Part shown: in pieces, positions 1-10,402 of the stretch
How positions within the stretch are numbered: position 1 is the first letter of the stretch
How the letters are laid out: each line of letters starts with the position of its first letter
DNA from: an uncultured Candidatus Saccharibacteria bacterium
Lineage (GTDB): Bacteria; Patescibacteriota; Minisyncoccia; SW-4-49-11
Reading direction: 5' to 3'
Length of the DNA stretch: 64,000 bases
NCBI GenBank assembly: GCA_964633865.1
Contig: CAZWIJ010000001.1
Span: 2,352 to 66,351 of the forward strand
Translations under genes and position numbers: made by a program
The notes under the pieces: generated by a model
The model's database searches: none
Told to the model about the DNA's origin: nothing
What the model saw: the letters and a program-made list of their open reading frames with translations, nothing else

Positions 1-896
1 AAAAGAGTATTTTGGATAATATTTACCAAAGAATTTTTGATTAAATCTTGAGTATTATGTTTCCAAATTTGAAATCTGACTTTATTCGCCATGATTACAT
101 TTTTCTCATCCAAAGAAAGATTTTTTGCCAAACCTTCCGTATGTACTGTAGCCGACATATAAGATATTCCTATCTTATTATATTTTGCCAAACTAAGTGC
201 TAATTCAAAGCTTTCGGAAGTCTCTAAGGTTTTATGAGCCTCATCAATAATAATATGATTCCATATAGGATCAAAACTTTTATTATAAGACATAGCCTCA
301 AATACTCCAGTTGTTATGAATTGGATAGGAGCATTATTAAAGATAGAACCATTACCTGTTTTATATCCAAATAGATATGGGGGTAATTGTCCATATAATT
401 TTAACTCTTCTTGTAATGATTCGGTATCTGTAAACTCAGGCTTATAACCAGTTTTTTTCTTTTCATTTACCAAACATTCATGGAGGAATTTATGAAAACT
501 TTCATTTAAATGTAGGGCTTCATCTGTAGCAATTGGAATTGTTGGCACAACTACAAAAACCTTTGGTCCCTTAGAATGGTCGCATTTGAAAAAATTATTT
601 TGACTATATTTTGTAATCAAGTCTTGATTTCTTTCAATTAACCTTAATAAAACCAAAACAGGCAAAGTAACTGTTTTCCCAAGTCCAGTAGATGCAACAA
701 TAAAAAATGGATCTATTGTTATCTGTTCAAAATATGAATAAATAGATAATTTTCCATTTTGAACTAAATAAGCTAAGAAATAATTAATTAGTTTTTGGCT
801 AATAGAAAATTTCTTATTATTTACTTGATATTCAAAAGAAACTTCTGATAAAGAAAAGATTGGTAACTCAAACTTAAATTGTTCCACTTGGCTCAC
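1..896 (-). CDS. DEAH-box helicase (HrpA/HrpB-like), N-terminal part; gene continues past the window start
   Basis: Hand translation of the minus strand gives a Walker A 'IVASTGLGKTVTLP' (around 676-720) and 'HIIIDEAH' (around 247-270). The frame is open to the window edge. The only in-frame start candidate is GTG at 896, after an in-frame TAA. No six-frame ORF was supplied because the gene is partial. Confidence 0.5.
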   Translation of the reverse strand, partial: MSQVEQFKFELPIFSLSEVSFEYQVNNKKFSISQKLINYFLAYLVQNGKLSIYSYFEQITIDPFFIVASTGLGKTVTLPVLVLLRLIERNQDLITKYSQNNFFKCDHSKGPKVFVVVPTIPIATDEALHLNESFHKFLHECLVNEKKKTGYKPEFTDTESLQEELKLYGQLPPYLFGYKTGNGSIFNNAPIQFITTGVFEAMSYNKSFDPIWNHIIIDEAHKTLETSESFELALSLAKYNKIGISYMSATVHTEGLAKNLSLDEKNVIMANKVRFQIWKHNTQDLIKNSLVNIIQNTL

Positions 897-1062
897 CTTA
901 TATGAAAAGTACCTGATATTTATATCATTTAATTAACAATTTGTCAAAAATTAAGGAATATAAATAATTAGTAATAATTGGAAAAATATTTAACTTTAAA
1001 TCTCACAAAAAATCTATATTATGCTATAATTAATATAAATTAAGATTAATTATACTAATTCT

Positions 1063-3558
1063 ATGTATCATCATAAATCTATTGAAAAAAAGTGGCAACA
1101 AAAATGGCAAGATAACTTTGTCTCCTATAAAGCAGATCTAAAGTCAGAAAAAAAGAAAAAATATATTTTGGTAGAATTCCCTTTTCCATCTGGAGCTGGT
1201 CTTCATGTAGGACATACCAAAAGTTATATGGCGCTAGACATTTTAGCTCGTAAATACAGAATGCAAGGGTATGAAGTTATCTATCCTATTGGATTCGATG
1301 CTTTTGGACTTCCTACTGAGAATTATGCAATCCAAAACAATATTCACCCAAAGAAAGCAACAGATGATAATATAAAAAGATTTAAAGAGCAGATTCAGGC
1401 TTTAGGAATTTCTTTTGATTGGGAGAAAGAAATTAGAACAGATGACCCCAATTATTATAAATGGACTCAGTGGATTTTTTTACAAATGTTCAAGAAGGGA
1501 CTTGCCTATCAGGATAATACCAAAGTTTGGTGGTGCGAAGAACTAAAAACAGTGCTTGCGAATGAAGAAGTAATTGATGGTAAATCTGAAAGAGGAGGGT
1601 ATCAGTGCGAAAGATTATCTTTAACACAATGGATGTTAGCTATTACAAAATATGCAGATAGATTATACCAAGATTTAGACGAAGTAGATTATTTAGAGAT
1701 TATCAAAACTCAACAAAGAAATTGGATAGGCAAAAGTACAGGAGCTAGAATTAAATTCAAAATTCAAAATGTAGATGAATATTTGCAAGTCTATACTACT
1801 AGAGCTGATACAATTTTTGGAGTAAGTTTTATGGTGATAGCTCCAGAACATAGTCTAGTAGATAAAATACTTACACCAGAACACAAGCAAGAAGTAGATA
1901 AATATTTAGATTTAGCTAAGAAAAAGTCGGACCTCGAAAGACAACAACAAAAAGAGAAAACAGGAGTTTTTACAGGTAGTTATGTTATACATCCATTTAC
2001 TAAAGAAAGTATACCAATTTGGATAGCTGATTATGTTTTGGCTAGTTATGGAACAGGAGCAATTATGGCAGTACCAGCTCATGATGATAGAGATCAAGAA
2101 TTTGCAGAGAAATATAATCTAGGAATAGTAGAAGTTAATAATGGTGAAAAATTAATTAATTCACAAGAATTTGATGGACTTAGTATCAAAGAAGCTCAAA
2201 ATAAAATAGTGGAGAAATTATCTCATGAAGATTTAGCAAAATTTGAAACACAATTTAAATTAAGAGATTGGGTATTCTCAAGACAAAGATATTGGGGAGA
2301 ACCATTTCCTATTGTCTGGGTACAAGAAGAAGATTATACAAAAATTACTAATCAAGATTTATTGCCACCAGAAGTAATTACTAGAGACAAGAATGGATTA
2401 AAAGAATATGCTGTTACACTAGCAGAATCTGAATTACCAGTAGTATTACCTGATGTAAAATCTTATTTACCACAAGGACTTGGAGAAGGACCTTTGGCTT
2501 TGGCTAAAGATTGGGTGAATATTTGGTATAATCTTGAGACAGGAAAGACATTAAGTATATCAGAAAATCCAGAATCAGATAATTGGGTTAAAGCTACTAG
2601 AGAGACTGACACTATGCCAAATTGGGCAGGAAGCTCTTGGTATTTTTTGAGATATCTTGATCCTAAAAATAATAATATTTTTGCTCGGAAAGAAATTTTG
2701 GATAAATGGTTACCAGTTGATATCTATAACGGAGGAATGGAACATGTAACACTTCATCTTTTATATTCTAGATTTTGGCATAAATTTTTGTATGATATAG
2801 GAGTTGTAACGACCAAAGAACCTTATCAAAAAAGAATTGCCCATGGTATGATTTTAGCAGAAGGGGGAATAAAGATGTCTAAATCAAAAGGGAATACTGT
2901 TGATCCTTTAGAGATGTGTGAGGCTTTCGGAGCAGATGCGATGAGATGCTATATAATGTTTATGGGACCTTATAATGAAGCTATTTCTTGGGATACTAAT
3001 GGGCTTATTGGGTGTAATAGGTTTCTTACAAAATGTTATCATTGGGTAGAAAATTTTGTTAATAAGTCTACTCTTCCATTATCTAAAGATAGACTTGAGT
3101 TAGAAAGAGATCTAAATAATTTGATTAAAAAAATATCAGAGGATATAGAAACTCAAAAATATAATACTTGTATTAGTTCTATGATGGAATTTTTGAATAT
3201 TTACCAAAATCAAGATATAGGAATTAATAATATAAAAACTTTTGTAACTATTCTAGCTCCATTTGCTCCTCATTTATCTGAAGAATTATGGGAAATGTTA
3301 GGAGAAGATAATTCTGTTCATACACAAATTTGGCCAGAATATGATGAATCTAAATTATTATCAAGTACGGAAGATTATCAGATTCATATAAATGGTAAAA
3401 TGAGAGCTATTATTAATGTTGATAAGAATCTTTCTTTAGATGAAATAAAAAGACTTTCACTTAGTTGTGAATCTGTGTTAAAATATATAGAAGGTAAAGA
3501 TATAAAGAAACATATAGTATTGAAAGATAAAAAAATAGTAATTTTAATAGTAAAATAA
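1063..3558 (+). CDS. leuS: leucyl-tRNA synthetase
   Basis: 831 aa. Class I HIGH-type motif 'HVGHTKSY', 'KMSKSKGN', and LeuS-typical length and editing insert. Confidence 0.9.
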   Translation: MYHHKSIEKKWQQKWQDNFVSYKADLKSEKKKKYILVEFPFPSGAGLHVGHTKSYMALDILARKYRMQGYEVIYPIGFDAFGLPTENYAIQNNIHPKKATDDNIKRFKEQIQALGISFDWEKEIRTDDPNYYKWTQWIFLQMFKKGLAYQDNTKVWWCEELKTVLANEEVIDGKSERGGYQCERLSLTQWMLAITKYADRLYQDLDEVDYLEIIKTQQRNWIGKSTGARIKFKIQNVDEYLQVYTTRADTIFGVSFMVIAPEHSLVDKILTPEHKQEVDKYLDLAKKKSDLERQQQKEKTGVFTGSYVIHPFTKESIPIWIADYVLASYGTGAIMAVPAHDDRDQEFAEKYNLGIVEVNNGEKLINSQEFDGLSIKEAQNKIVEKLSHEDLAKFETQFKLRDWVFSRQRYWGEPFPIVWVQEEDYTKITNQDLLPPEVITRDKNGLKEYAVTLAESELPVVLPDVKSYLPQGLGEGPLALAKDWVNIWYNLETGKTLSISENPESDNWVKATRETDTMPNWAGSSWYFLRYLDPKNNNIFARKEILDKWLPVDIYNGGMEHVTLHLLYSRFWHKFLYDIGVVTTKEPYQKRIAHGMILAEGGIKMSKSKGNTVDPLEMCEAFGADAMRCYIMFMGPYNEAISWDTNGLIGCNRFLTKCYHWVENFVNKSTLPLSKDRLELERDLNNLIKKISEDIETQKYNTCISSMMEFLNIYQNQDIGINNIKTFVTILAPFAPHLSEELWEMLGEDNSVHTQIWPEYDESKLLSSTEDYQIHINGKMRAIINVDKNLSLDEIKRLSLSCESVLKYIEGKDIKKHIVLKDKKIVILIVK

Positions 3559-3567
3559 ATTAAATTT

Positions 3568-4173
3568 ATGAAGCAAAATCAATTAATAAGTATAGCAATG
3601 GTAGTTTTGTTTGTATCATTACCAATAATATATTTAGTCTTAAGTGATAATAAAGAACCAGAAGATTCATCAGATAAAAATCCAGGAACTCATATTATGC
3701 CAGATGGAACCGTTATGGATGATATGATGCACTCAATGGATATGGAAGAACAGTTAGACGATAGAGGTTTTATAAATTCTATGATACCTCATCACCAAGA
3801 AGCAGTGAATACTTCGGATATAATTATAACCAAAAGCAATAATCCAGAGCTAATAAAGTTAGCACAAGAGATAAAAGATACTCAGAGTAAAGAGATTGAA
3901 GATATGAAATTATGGTATCAAGAATGGTTTCAAGAAAAATTTGTAATAGGAGGAGAATATATGTCAATGATGAGAGATTTGAGTGCATTTGATGATATTA
4001 CAGAGTTAGAACAAGTTTATATAGAAGATATGATTATTCATCATCAAGGAGCAATTAGTATGGCGAATAATATTTTAGAATCAACAGAAAAGCAAGAATT
4101 AATAGATTTTGCGAATTCAATCTTAGAAGTGCAGACTAAAGAAGTAGATATTTTAGAGAGTTTGAAAAAATAA
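3568..4173 (+). CDS. secreted DUF305-family protein (duplicated HH-motif domain)
   Basis: N-terminal TM/signal. Two halves carry 'IPHHQEAV' and 'MIIHHQGAI', typical of DUF305. Confidence 0.5.
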   Translation: MKQNQLISIAMVVLFVSLPIIYLVLSDNKEPEDSSDKNPGTHIMPDGTVMDDMMHSMDMEEQLDDRGFINSMIPHHQEAVNTSDIIITKSNNPELIKLAQEIKDTQSKEIEDMKLWYQEWFQEKFVIGGEYMSMMRDLSAFDDITELEQVYIEDMIIHHQGAISMANNILESTEKQELIDFANSILEVQTKEVDILESLKK

Positions 4174-4186
4174 ATAACTAAAGCAT

Positions 4187-4747
4187 ATGTTAAAAAGTTT
4201 ATACAAAGATAGATTAAATAGAAAAGAGTATTGGTGGAGGGTAATTAAAATTTGGAGTTACTTCATTCCTTTTATTATAATTTTAATTGTACTACAAAAG
4301 AAAGGAGTAGATGATTATTCAGGGAGTGTGATGACAGTATTAATTGGAGTTCCTTATTTTTTAATTTGGTATGTAATCTATAATATTCATATTATAAAAT
4401 GGTCATATGCTAGAATAAGAGATAGTGGAATAAATAGTGGTTGGATATCAATTTTGTATATTATTAGCCTTACTTTAATAACACCATATTCAGTAATTAT
4501 AGTCCCATTTTTAATACTTATCCAAATAATCATATTTTCAAAACCAAGCATAGCGACAGAAAAAGAATCTATAGATCAAGTGCCTACAGATAATCCTAAT
4601 TCAGAAAAAGAATTACCAAAATCAGAAATAGAAATTTGGTTTGAGAAAAAATTATCACAAGGTTATGATAAAACAGAATTATTACAAGAAGTGAAGAAAC
4701 AAGGATACCCAGAAGACTTTGTACAGAGATTAGGAAAGAAGTATTAA
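4187..4747 (+). CDS. DUF805-like inner membrane protein with a C-terminal WFEKKLxxGYDK module
   Basis: The N-terminal 'RLNRKEYWWRVI' followed by TM helices resembles DUF805. The C-terminal 40 aa are shared with ORF 13447..13785. Confidence 0.45.
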   Translation: MLKSLYKDRLNRKEYWWRVIKIWSYFIPFIIILIVLQKKGVDDYSGSVMTVLIGVPYFLIWYVIYNIHIIKWSYARIRDSGINSGWISILYIISLTLITPYSVIIVPFLILIQIIIFSKPSIATEKESIDQVPTDNPNSEKELPKSEIEIWFEKKLSQGYDKTELLQEVKKQGYPEDFVQRLGKKY

Positions 4748-4760
4748 TAATAAAAATTAT

Positions 4761-6860
4761 ATGAATTTAGATTTAATTTTTTATCCAAAATCAATAGCTT
4801 TAATTGGATCATCTAGCAAACCTCAGTCTGTTGGGAATGATATCTTAAAAAATCTTTTATATCAAGGCTATCAAGGAAAAATTTATCCAATAAACCCTTC
4901 TTCCCAAGAAATTTTAGGTGAAAAATGTTATGCATCTATTTTAGAAGTAGAGTCAGAAGTAGAACTAGCTATTATTGCTGTTCCTTCAAAATTGGTTCTA
5001 AAAGTATTAAAAGAATTAGGATACAAAGGTGTAAAAGCAGTTATTATAATCTCATCAGGATTTAAGGAAACAGGAAATAGTTCTTTGGAAGATGAAGTTA
5101 TTGCTTTATGTCGTGAATATAATATAACTTTAATTGGACCGAATTGTCTTGGGGTAATCTCTCCTGAAATAAATATGAATGCATCTTTTGCTTCAATTAT
5201 GCCAGAATTTGGAAATATTGCTTTTTTATCACAAAGTGGGGCTATCTGTACTGCAATTTTGGATTATGCACCAAGTTTAGGAATTGGATTTTCTAAATTT
5301 GTAAGTTTGGGAAATAAAGCTTTGGTTGATGAGGCAGAATTATTAGAATATCTTTATAATGATAAGAATACCAAAGTAATAGCTCTTTACTTGGAAGAAT
5401 TATCCAATGTGAAAAATTTCTTAAAAGTAGCACAAAAAATCACAAGTTCAATAAATCCAAAGCCAATTATAGTTCTAAAATCAGGAAAAACAAAAGAAGG
5501 AGCATCAGCATCAGCTTCTCATACAGGATCTTTAGCAGGAAGTGATCAAGGTTATCAAGCTTTATTTGATCAAGCTGGTATTGTTAGAGCTAATACTATA
5601 TCTGAATTTTTCAATTATTTAAGTATTTTTTCAAAAATGAAATTACCAAAAGGAGATAGAGTATGTATTATTACTAATGCAGGAGGTCCTGGTGTTTTGA
5701 CAGCTGATTCTATAATAGAAAATGGCTTAAACTTATCTATTTTATCAGATGATACAATAGATAAATTAAAACAAGATTTAGCTATAAATTCTAATTTATC
5801 AAATCCAATTGATATCTTGGGAGATGCGAGATCAGACAGATATAAGAAGGCTTTAGAAATAGTTGTAGAAGATGAAGGAGTTGATAATATTGTAGTTTTG
5901 ATGACACCACAGTCAATGACAGAACCAGTTGAGACATCACAAGCTATAGTTTATATATCCAATAATACAGACAAGTCAATAATAGCAGTCTATATGGGGC
6001 AAGACCAGTTGTCAAAAGGTATAGATATTTTAAAAGATAATAATATCCCATATACAAATTTCCCAGAAGAAGCAATATTATCATTATCTAAATTGATATC
6101 AACCAAAATAAATCATACTGAACACGAACTAGAAGTTAAAGATTTTGTAATAGCTGAAAAGTCAGAAATCCAATCAATTTTAAATGGTTACCAAAAAGAA
6201 AATCATTTACAAATACCAGAATTTGAAGCAGTACCCATATTAAAAAAATATGGATTTGACACATTAGATTATAAAATTGCTACTAATGAGGATGAAGCCT
6301 TTATAATAACAAAACAAATAGGAAAGACTGTTGTAATGAAAGTAGTTTCAGAAGATATCTTACACAAGACTGATTTTGGAGGAGTTATCTTGAATGTGAC
6401 AGAATATAATGCTAAAGAATCTTATAATAAAATTTTAGATAATATTAAAAATAATGCTCCAAATGCAAGAATTCAAGGAGTCTTAATAGTTGAAATGCTT
6501 GATTTAGAAGAAGGATCGGAATTTATAGTAGGTTGTTCTACCGATCCAAATTTAGGACATCTTTTGATGGTAGGATATGGAGGAGTATTTGTAGAAGTAT
6601 TTAAGGATATAGCTTTCGGAGTCCCACCACTTAGATTAGTAGATATCAATAATATGATTAATTCTCTAAAATCAAAAGCAATTTTGGATGGAATCAGAGG
6701 ACAATTGCCTTTGAATAAGGAATTACTAATAGAGACTTTGGCTCGGTTATCACAATTATTGATAGACTTTCCAATGATAGAGGAATTAGATATTAATCCA
6801 TTATTTGTAACATCAAATGAAGTCAAAGTATTAGATGCTAGAATTTTGCTTAGAAAGTAA
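4761..6860 (+). CDS. acetate--CoA ligase (ADP-forming), fused alpha/beta (NDP-forming acyl-CoA synthetase)
   Basis: 699 aa. The N-terminal CoA-binding domain ('IALIGSS..SVGNDIL..GKIYPINP') plus a succinyl-CoA-synthetase-like flavodoxin domain and a C-terminal ATP-grasp domain give the typical ACD architecture. Confidence 0.7.
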   Translation: MNLDLIFYPKSIALIGSSSKPQSVGNDILKNLLYQGYQGKIYPINPSSQEILGEKCYASILEVESEVELAIIAVPSKLVLKVLKELGYKGVKAVIIISSGFKETGNSSLEDEVIALCREYNITLIGPNCLGVISPEINMNASFASIMPEFGNIAFLSQSGAICTAILDYAPSLGIGFSKFVSLGNKALVDEAELLEYLYNDKNTKVIALYLEELSNVKNFLKVAQKITSSINPKPIIVLKSGKTKEGASASASHTGSLAGSDQGYQALFDQAGIVRANTISEFFNYLSIFSKMKLPKGDRVCIITNAGGPGVLTADSIIENGLNLSILSDDTIDKLKQDLAINSNLSNPIDILGDARSDRYKKALEIVVEDEGVDNIVVLMTPQSMTEPVETSQAIVYISNNTDKSIIAVYMGQDQLSKGIDILKDNNIPYTNFPEEAILSLSKLISTKINHTEHELEVKDFVIAEKSEIQSILNGYQKENHLQIPEFEAVPILKKYGFDTLDYKIATNEDEAFIITKQIGKTVVMKVVSEDILHKTDFGGVILNVTEYNAKESYNKILDNIKNNAPNARIQGVLIVEMLDLEEGSEFIVGCSTDPNLGHLLMVGYGGVFVEVFKDIAFGVPPLRLVDINNMINSLKSKAILDGIRGQLPLNKELLIETLARLSQLLIDFPMIEELDINPLFVTSNEVKVLDARILLRK

Positions 6861-6906
6861 AGAAATAATGAAATATGTTGAATTACTAAAAATTATAAAC
6901 AAATCA

Positions 6907-6936
6907 TTGACAGATAAATAATAAAAGATGTATAAT
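6907..6936 (+). promoter_or_regulatory. sigma70-like promoter (TTGACA-18-TATAAT) upstream of 6984 gene
   Basis: TTGACA at 6907-6912, an 18-nt spacer, and TATAAT at 6931-6936, about 48 nt upstream of the ATG. Confidence 0.4.
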
Positions 6937-6983
6937 TGATACATACTTGAAAAAGTAATATTAACAATTAATAATTTAAAAAT

Positions 6984-7490
6984 ATGTTCGATGAATTTAG
7001 TCCTAAATATGAGTCTTCTTTTAGAGTGGTATTTGTTATATGGGTATTGTTTTGGGCAGTTGTAAATATATTTCAAATACTAAGAAATTATGCCGATTAT
7101 GCTAGTACGAGTAGCTTTATAGGTAGTGATTATGTGAATCTTGGTCATTGGTGGTTTAGTACATTTGGTATGATAATAGGATTTGCAATTGGGATATTTC
7201 TTTTATTTTGGACTGTATCTGTACCATCTAGAATAGAGAAAAATAAAAAAATTGGGAGTATAGGTATTTTGATGAGTGCTACAGTAGTATATTATTTTTT
7301 TACTACCATAATTGATCTAATGGGATCAGCTTTATTTAATCCAGAAAACTTTATTAATGATTTTGCTTTTGGTACATTATGGCTATTACCTAGTATAATT
7401 ATTTTGGTTTTTCATATGTTTTATTATATTAATTTACAAAAACATAATAAAGAAGTAGAAAGTAATCCTCTTGGGGTACCTAAATTATAA
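6984..7490 (+). CDS. hypothetical 4-TM membrane protein
   Basis: 168-aa ORF with four hydrophobic helices. No recognisable motif. Confidence 0.4.
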   Translation: MFDEFSPKYESSFRVVFVIWVLFWAVVNIFQILRNYADYASTSSFIGSDYVNLGHWWFSTFGMIIGFAIGIFLLFWTVSVPSRIEKNKKIGSIGILMSATVVYYFFTTIIDLMGSALFNPENFINDFAFGTLWLLPSIIILVFHMFYYINLQKHNKEVESNPLGVPKL

Positions 7491-7514
7491 ATATTAATAT
7501 ATAAAAATATTTAT

Positions 7515-8315
7515 ATGAAATTATCATTTTTAAAAAATAAAAGCTTTTGGGTAAAATTAGTAATAAATTTATTATTAGTTTGGTTATTATTATCACTTTA
7601 TCTAACAAGTCAATCAACTACATTGATTTTTAATAATACAATAAGTTGGGCTCCAATTCCTAACTTCGGATATGAGTTAGATTTTATAAGAAATAAAGAA
7701 AATCAAGCTATTAGTATTTGGACATTTCCTAATGATGATACTGATGAAGTCATCTTATATCTTCATGGTAATGCAGGTAAAATCAATGTTTTTTTCGAAG
7801 GTTTACAAAAATATGGAACTGTAGTAGCACCAGCCTACCCAGGATATCATGAATCCGAGGGTAAACCAACTCCTGAAAATGTTTATGAGACAGCTTTATT
7901 AACATTTGATTATTTAGTTAATGAAAAAGGAATATCTCCAAACAAAATTACAATAATGGGACATTCACTTGGAGGTTCTCCTGCTGTATATTTGGCTAGT
8001 GAAAGATCATCAGCTAAGCAATTATTGATTGTAAATACATTTAGTAGTGTTCAAAGTATGTGTTGGAATCAATATAGTATCCTTTGTGGATTCACTGGGA
8101 ATATCTTAAATACAGCTAAATATGCAGAGAAAGTAAATATTCCTGTAAAACAATTTATTTATGAAGGTGACTTAACTGTATCACCAGAAGAAGGTAAAAA
8201 GCTTTATGAATATTTTCCAGAAGGTAAAAAAGAAAAATTTATTCTTGATAAAAATTCAGAGAATACTCATGCTTATCCTGACATAGATTATATATTTAAA
8301 AAAATAGGATTTTAG
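7515..8315 (+). CDS. alpha/beta hydrolase family protein (membrane-anchored)
   Basis: N-terminal TM, the nucleophile elbow 'GHSLGG' (GxSxG) and 'LHGNAG'. Confidence 0.55.
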   Translation: MKLSFLKNKSFWVKLVINLLLVWLLLSLYLTSQSTTLIFNNTISWAPIPNFGYELDFIRNKENQAISIWTFPNDDTDEVILYLHGNAGKINVFFEGLQKYGTVVAPAYPGYHESEGKPTPENVYETALLTFDYLVNEKGISPNKITIMGHSLGGSPAVYLASERSSAKQLLIVNTFSSVQSMCWNQYSILCGFTGNILNTAKYAEKVNIPVKQFIYEGDLTVSPEEGKKLYEYFPEGKKEKFILDKNSENTHAYPDIDYIFKKIGF

Positions 8316-8390
8316 TTAGAAATAATTGTATAAATCTAACAAGTATGATATAAATAATATATATTTATTAAGTTAGTTAAAGATAATATT

Positions 8391-8984
8391 ATGATAAAAG
8401 AAAGAAGTTTAGTAATAATTAAGCCAGATGGAGTTCAAAGAAGTTTAGTTGGAGATATTATCTCTAGAATAGAGAGAACAGGACTTAAAATCATTGCTAT
8501 GAAAATGATTATGGCTAAAGAAGCTCCACTTTGGAAACATTATAATAAAGATGATGCTTGGTTTTTAGAAAAAGGTAATATTGTTATCAAAAATAGAACA
8601 GAACAAGGTATGTCAGTTGATAAAGAAGCTATTGAGTATGGAAAAGATATTTTGAGGGCTAATATAGATTTTATGACAGCAGGTCCAGTTGTTGCTATGG
8701 TTATTCAAGGTAATCAAGCTGTTGGTATAGTAAAAAAATTGGTTGGAGGAACAGAACCACTAACATCAGATGTAGGTACAATTAGAGGAGATTTGACAAT
8801 TGATACTTATGAGCTTGCTAATGCATCTGGAAGAGCTGTAAGAAATCTTGTTCATTGCTCTGATAAAGTATCCGAAGCCGAAAGAGAAATCCCACTTTGG
8901 TTTGAAGAATCTGAGTTGATTAGATATAGATTAGCAAATGAAAGAATACTTTATGATGTTAATTTAGATGGTATTTTAGAGTAA
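8391..8984 (+). CDS. ndk: nucleoside-diphosphate kinase (long form with ~45-aa insertion)
   Basis: 'ERSLVIIKPDGVQRSLVGDIISRIERTGLKIIAMK', 'TIRGDL' and 'NLVHCSD' match NDK. 197 aa versus the usual ~140 aa. Confidence 0.8.
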   Translation: MIKERSLVIIKPDGVQRSLVGDIISRIERTGLKIIAMKMIMAKEAPLWKHYNKDDAWFLEKGNIVIKNRTEQGMSVDKEAIEYGKDILRANIDFMTAGPVVAMVIQGNQAVGIVKKLVGGTEPLTSDVGTIRGDLTIDTYELANASGRAVRNLVHCSDKVSEAEREIPLWFEESELIRYRLANERILYDVNLDGILE

Positions 8985-9007
8985 ATTCAGCCTTATCATA
9001 AAAAAAG

Positions 9008-9037
9008 ATAAATCTATAAAAAGTAGATTTATTTTTT
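9008..9037 (+). terminator. rho-independent terminator after ndk
   Basis: A 9-bp perfect stem ATAAATCTA/TAGATTTAT with the loop taaaaag, followed by TTTTT. Confidence 0.55.
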
Positions 9038-9079
9038 ATTTATATGTTATAATTAATATAAATATAAATTTATAATTCT

Positions 9080-10372
9080 ATGATAGAAATAATTTTAGGT
9101 ATAACTGTAATACAAATAATTTTTATAATTTTAATATATGCAAAATTTTCTTCAAATGACGATAGTAAAGAGATTAACAATATCTTTAATTTACAACAAA
9201 AATCAGAAAAAATAATTAGAGATGATTTGAAATATTTACAAACTGAATTTAATGTACAATTTAAAGATATAAGAAAAGAGTTGTCATCTAATATGAATCA
9301 ATTAGGAGAGAGTTTGTTAAAAAGAATTCATGAATCTTCTATAATGCAAAAAAATCAATTAGACATTTTTTCAAAACAATTATCTGAATTGAATCAACAA
9401 ACTGAACTTAAATTAGAACAAATTAGATCTACGGTAGAACAAAGAATTACAGAATTACAGAAAGATAATAATCAAAAATTAGAAAAAATGAGAGAAACCG
9501 TTGATGAAAAACTACAATCTACATTAGAAAAAAGGTTATCAGAATCATTTAAAACAGTAAGTGAAAGGTTAGAACAAGTTCATAAAGGTCTTGGTGAAAT
9601 GCAAAATCTTGCTCTTGGTGTAGGTGATTTGAAAAAGGTTTTGATTAATGTTAAGACTAGAGGTACATGGGGAGAAATTCAATTAGCTAATTTATTAGAA
9701 CAATTTTTAACTAAAGATCAATTTGAAGTGAATGTAATTACAAAAAAAGAAACTAATAATAGAGTTGAGTTTGCTATAAAGTTACCAGGTAGAGATCTAG
9801 AAATAGAACATATATTACTTCCAATTGATTCAAAATTTCCAATTGAAGATTATCAAAGATTATTAGAAGCAGAGGATTTAATGGATAAAACATTAATTGA
9901 TTTAAGTAAAAAAGCATTAGAAAAGAGATTTAAAGAACAAGCTAAGACTATATCAGAACTATATCTAAATACTCCTTATACAACAGATTTTGCAATAATG
10001 TTTTTGCCTGTAGAGGGTTTGTATGCTGAAGCCTTAAGAATTCCTGGTTTGGTAGAGTTAATTCAGCAACAATATAGAATTATTATTACAGGTCCAAATA
10101 CTGTATCTGCTATATTGATGAGTTTACAAATGGGATTTAGAACTCTTGCTATTGAAAAGAAATCAAGTAATATATGGAAAATATTAGCTGAAGTAAAAAA
10201 TGAATTTGGTAAATTTGGTGATATATTAGAAAAAACCCAAAAAAAATTACAAGAAGCTTCTAATCAGATTGATCAAGGAGCAACTAGAGCAAGGTCTATA
10301 GAAAGAAAGTTAAAAAATGTAAGTACTGATAATCTTGTAGAGTCTCAATCTGAAATTAAATTTTTAGAGTAA
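9080..10372 (+). CDS. rmuC: DNA recombination protein RmuC
   Basis: N-terminal TM, a long coiled coil, then an RmuC-like nuclease domain ('VEFAIKLPG', 'LPIDSKFPIEDY'). Confidence 0.7.
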   Translation: MIEIILGITVIQIIFIILIYAKFSSNDDSKEINNIFNLQQKSEKIIRDDLKYLQTEFNVQFKDIRKELSSNMNQLGESLLKRIHESSIMQKNQLDIFSKQLSELNQQTELKLEQIRSTVEQRITELQKDNNQKLEKMRETVDEKLQSTLEKRLSESFKTVSERLEQVHKGLGEMQNLALGVGDLKKVLINVKTRGTWGEIQLANLLEQFLTKDQFEVNVITKKETNNRVEFAIKLPGRDLEIEHILLPIDSKFPIEDYQRLLEAEDLMDKTLIDLSKKALEKRFKEQAKTISELYLNTPYTTDFAIMFLPVEGLYAEALRIPGLVELIQQQYRIIITGPNTVSAILMSLQMGFRTLAIEKKSSNIWKILAEVKNEFGKFGDILEKTQKKLQEASNQIDQGATRARSIERKLKNVSTDNLVESQSEIKFLE

Positions 10373-10402
10373 TTGAAATGATATTTATATAATCTAAAAC
10401 AT

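Noticed and set aside
1912-2097. Short antisense ORFs inside well-supported genes: 1912..2097, 6473..6826, 16958..17140, 17846..18076, 18963..19157, 20660..20929, 26190..26420, 26367..26564, 28997..29326, 29585..29794, 30242..30451, 30409..30615, 31773..32111, 33825..34085, 34740..34976, 38547..38969, 43449..43631, 46682..46870, 49200..49853, 50767..50949, 58175..58360, 60339..60542, 61589..61864, 62016..62375
   Set aside because: Each lies entirely inside a longer ORF with strong homology-type motifs, on the opposite strand or in another frame. Their composition is low-complexity (Ser/Ile/Leu-rich), typical of AT-rich antisense reading frames.
6831-7076. 81-aa minus-strand ORF spanning the ACD/6984 intergenic region
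   Set aside because: It overlaps the TTGACA-18-TATAAT promoter and the start of the plus-strand membrane protein. The sequence is hydrophobic junk with no RBS.
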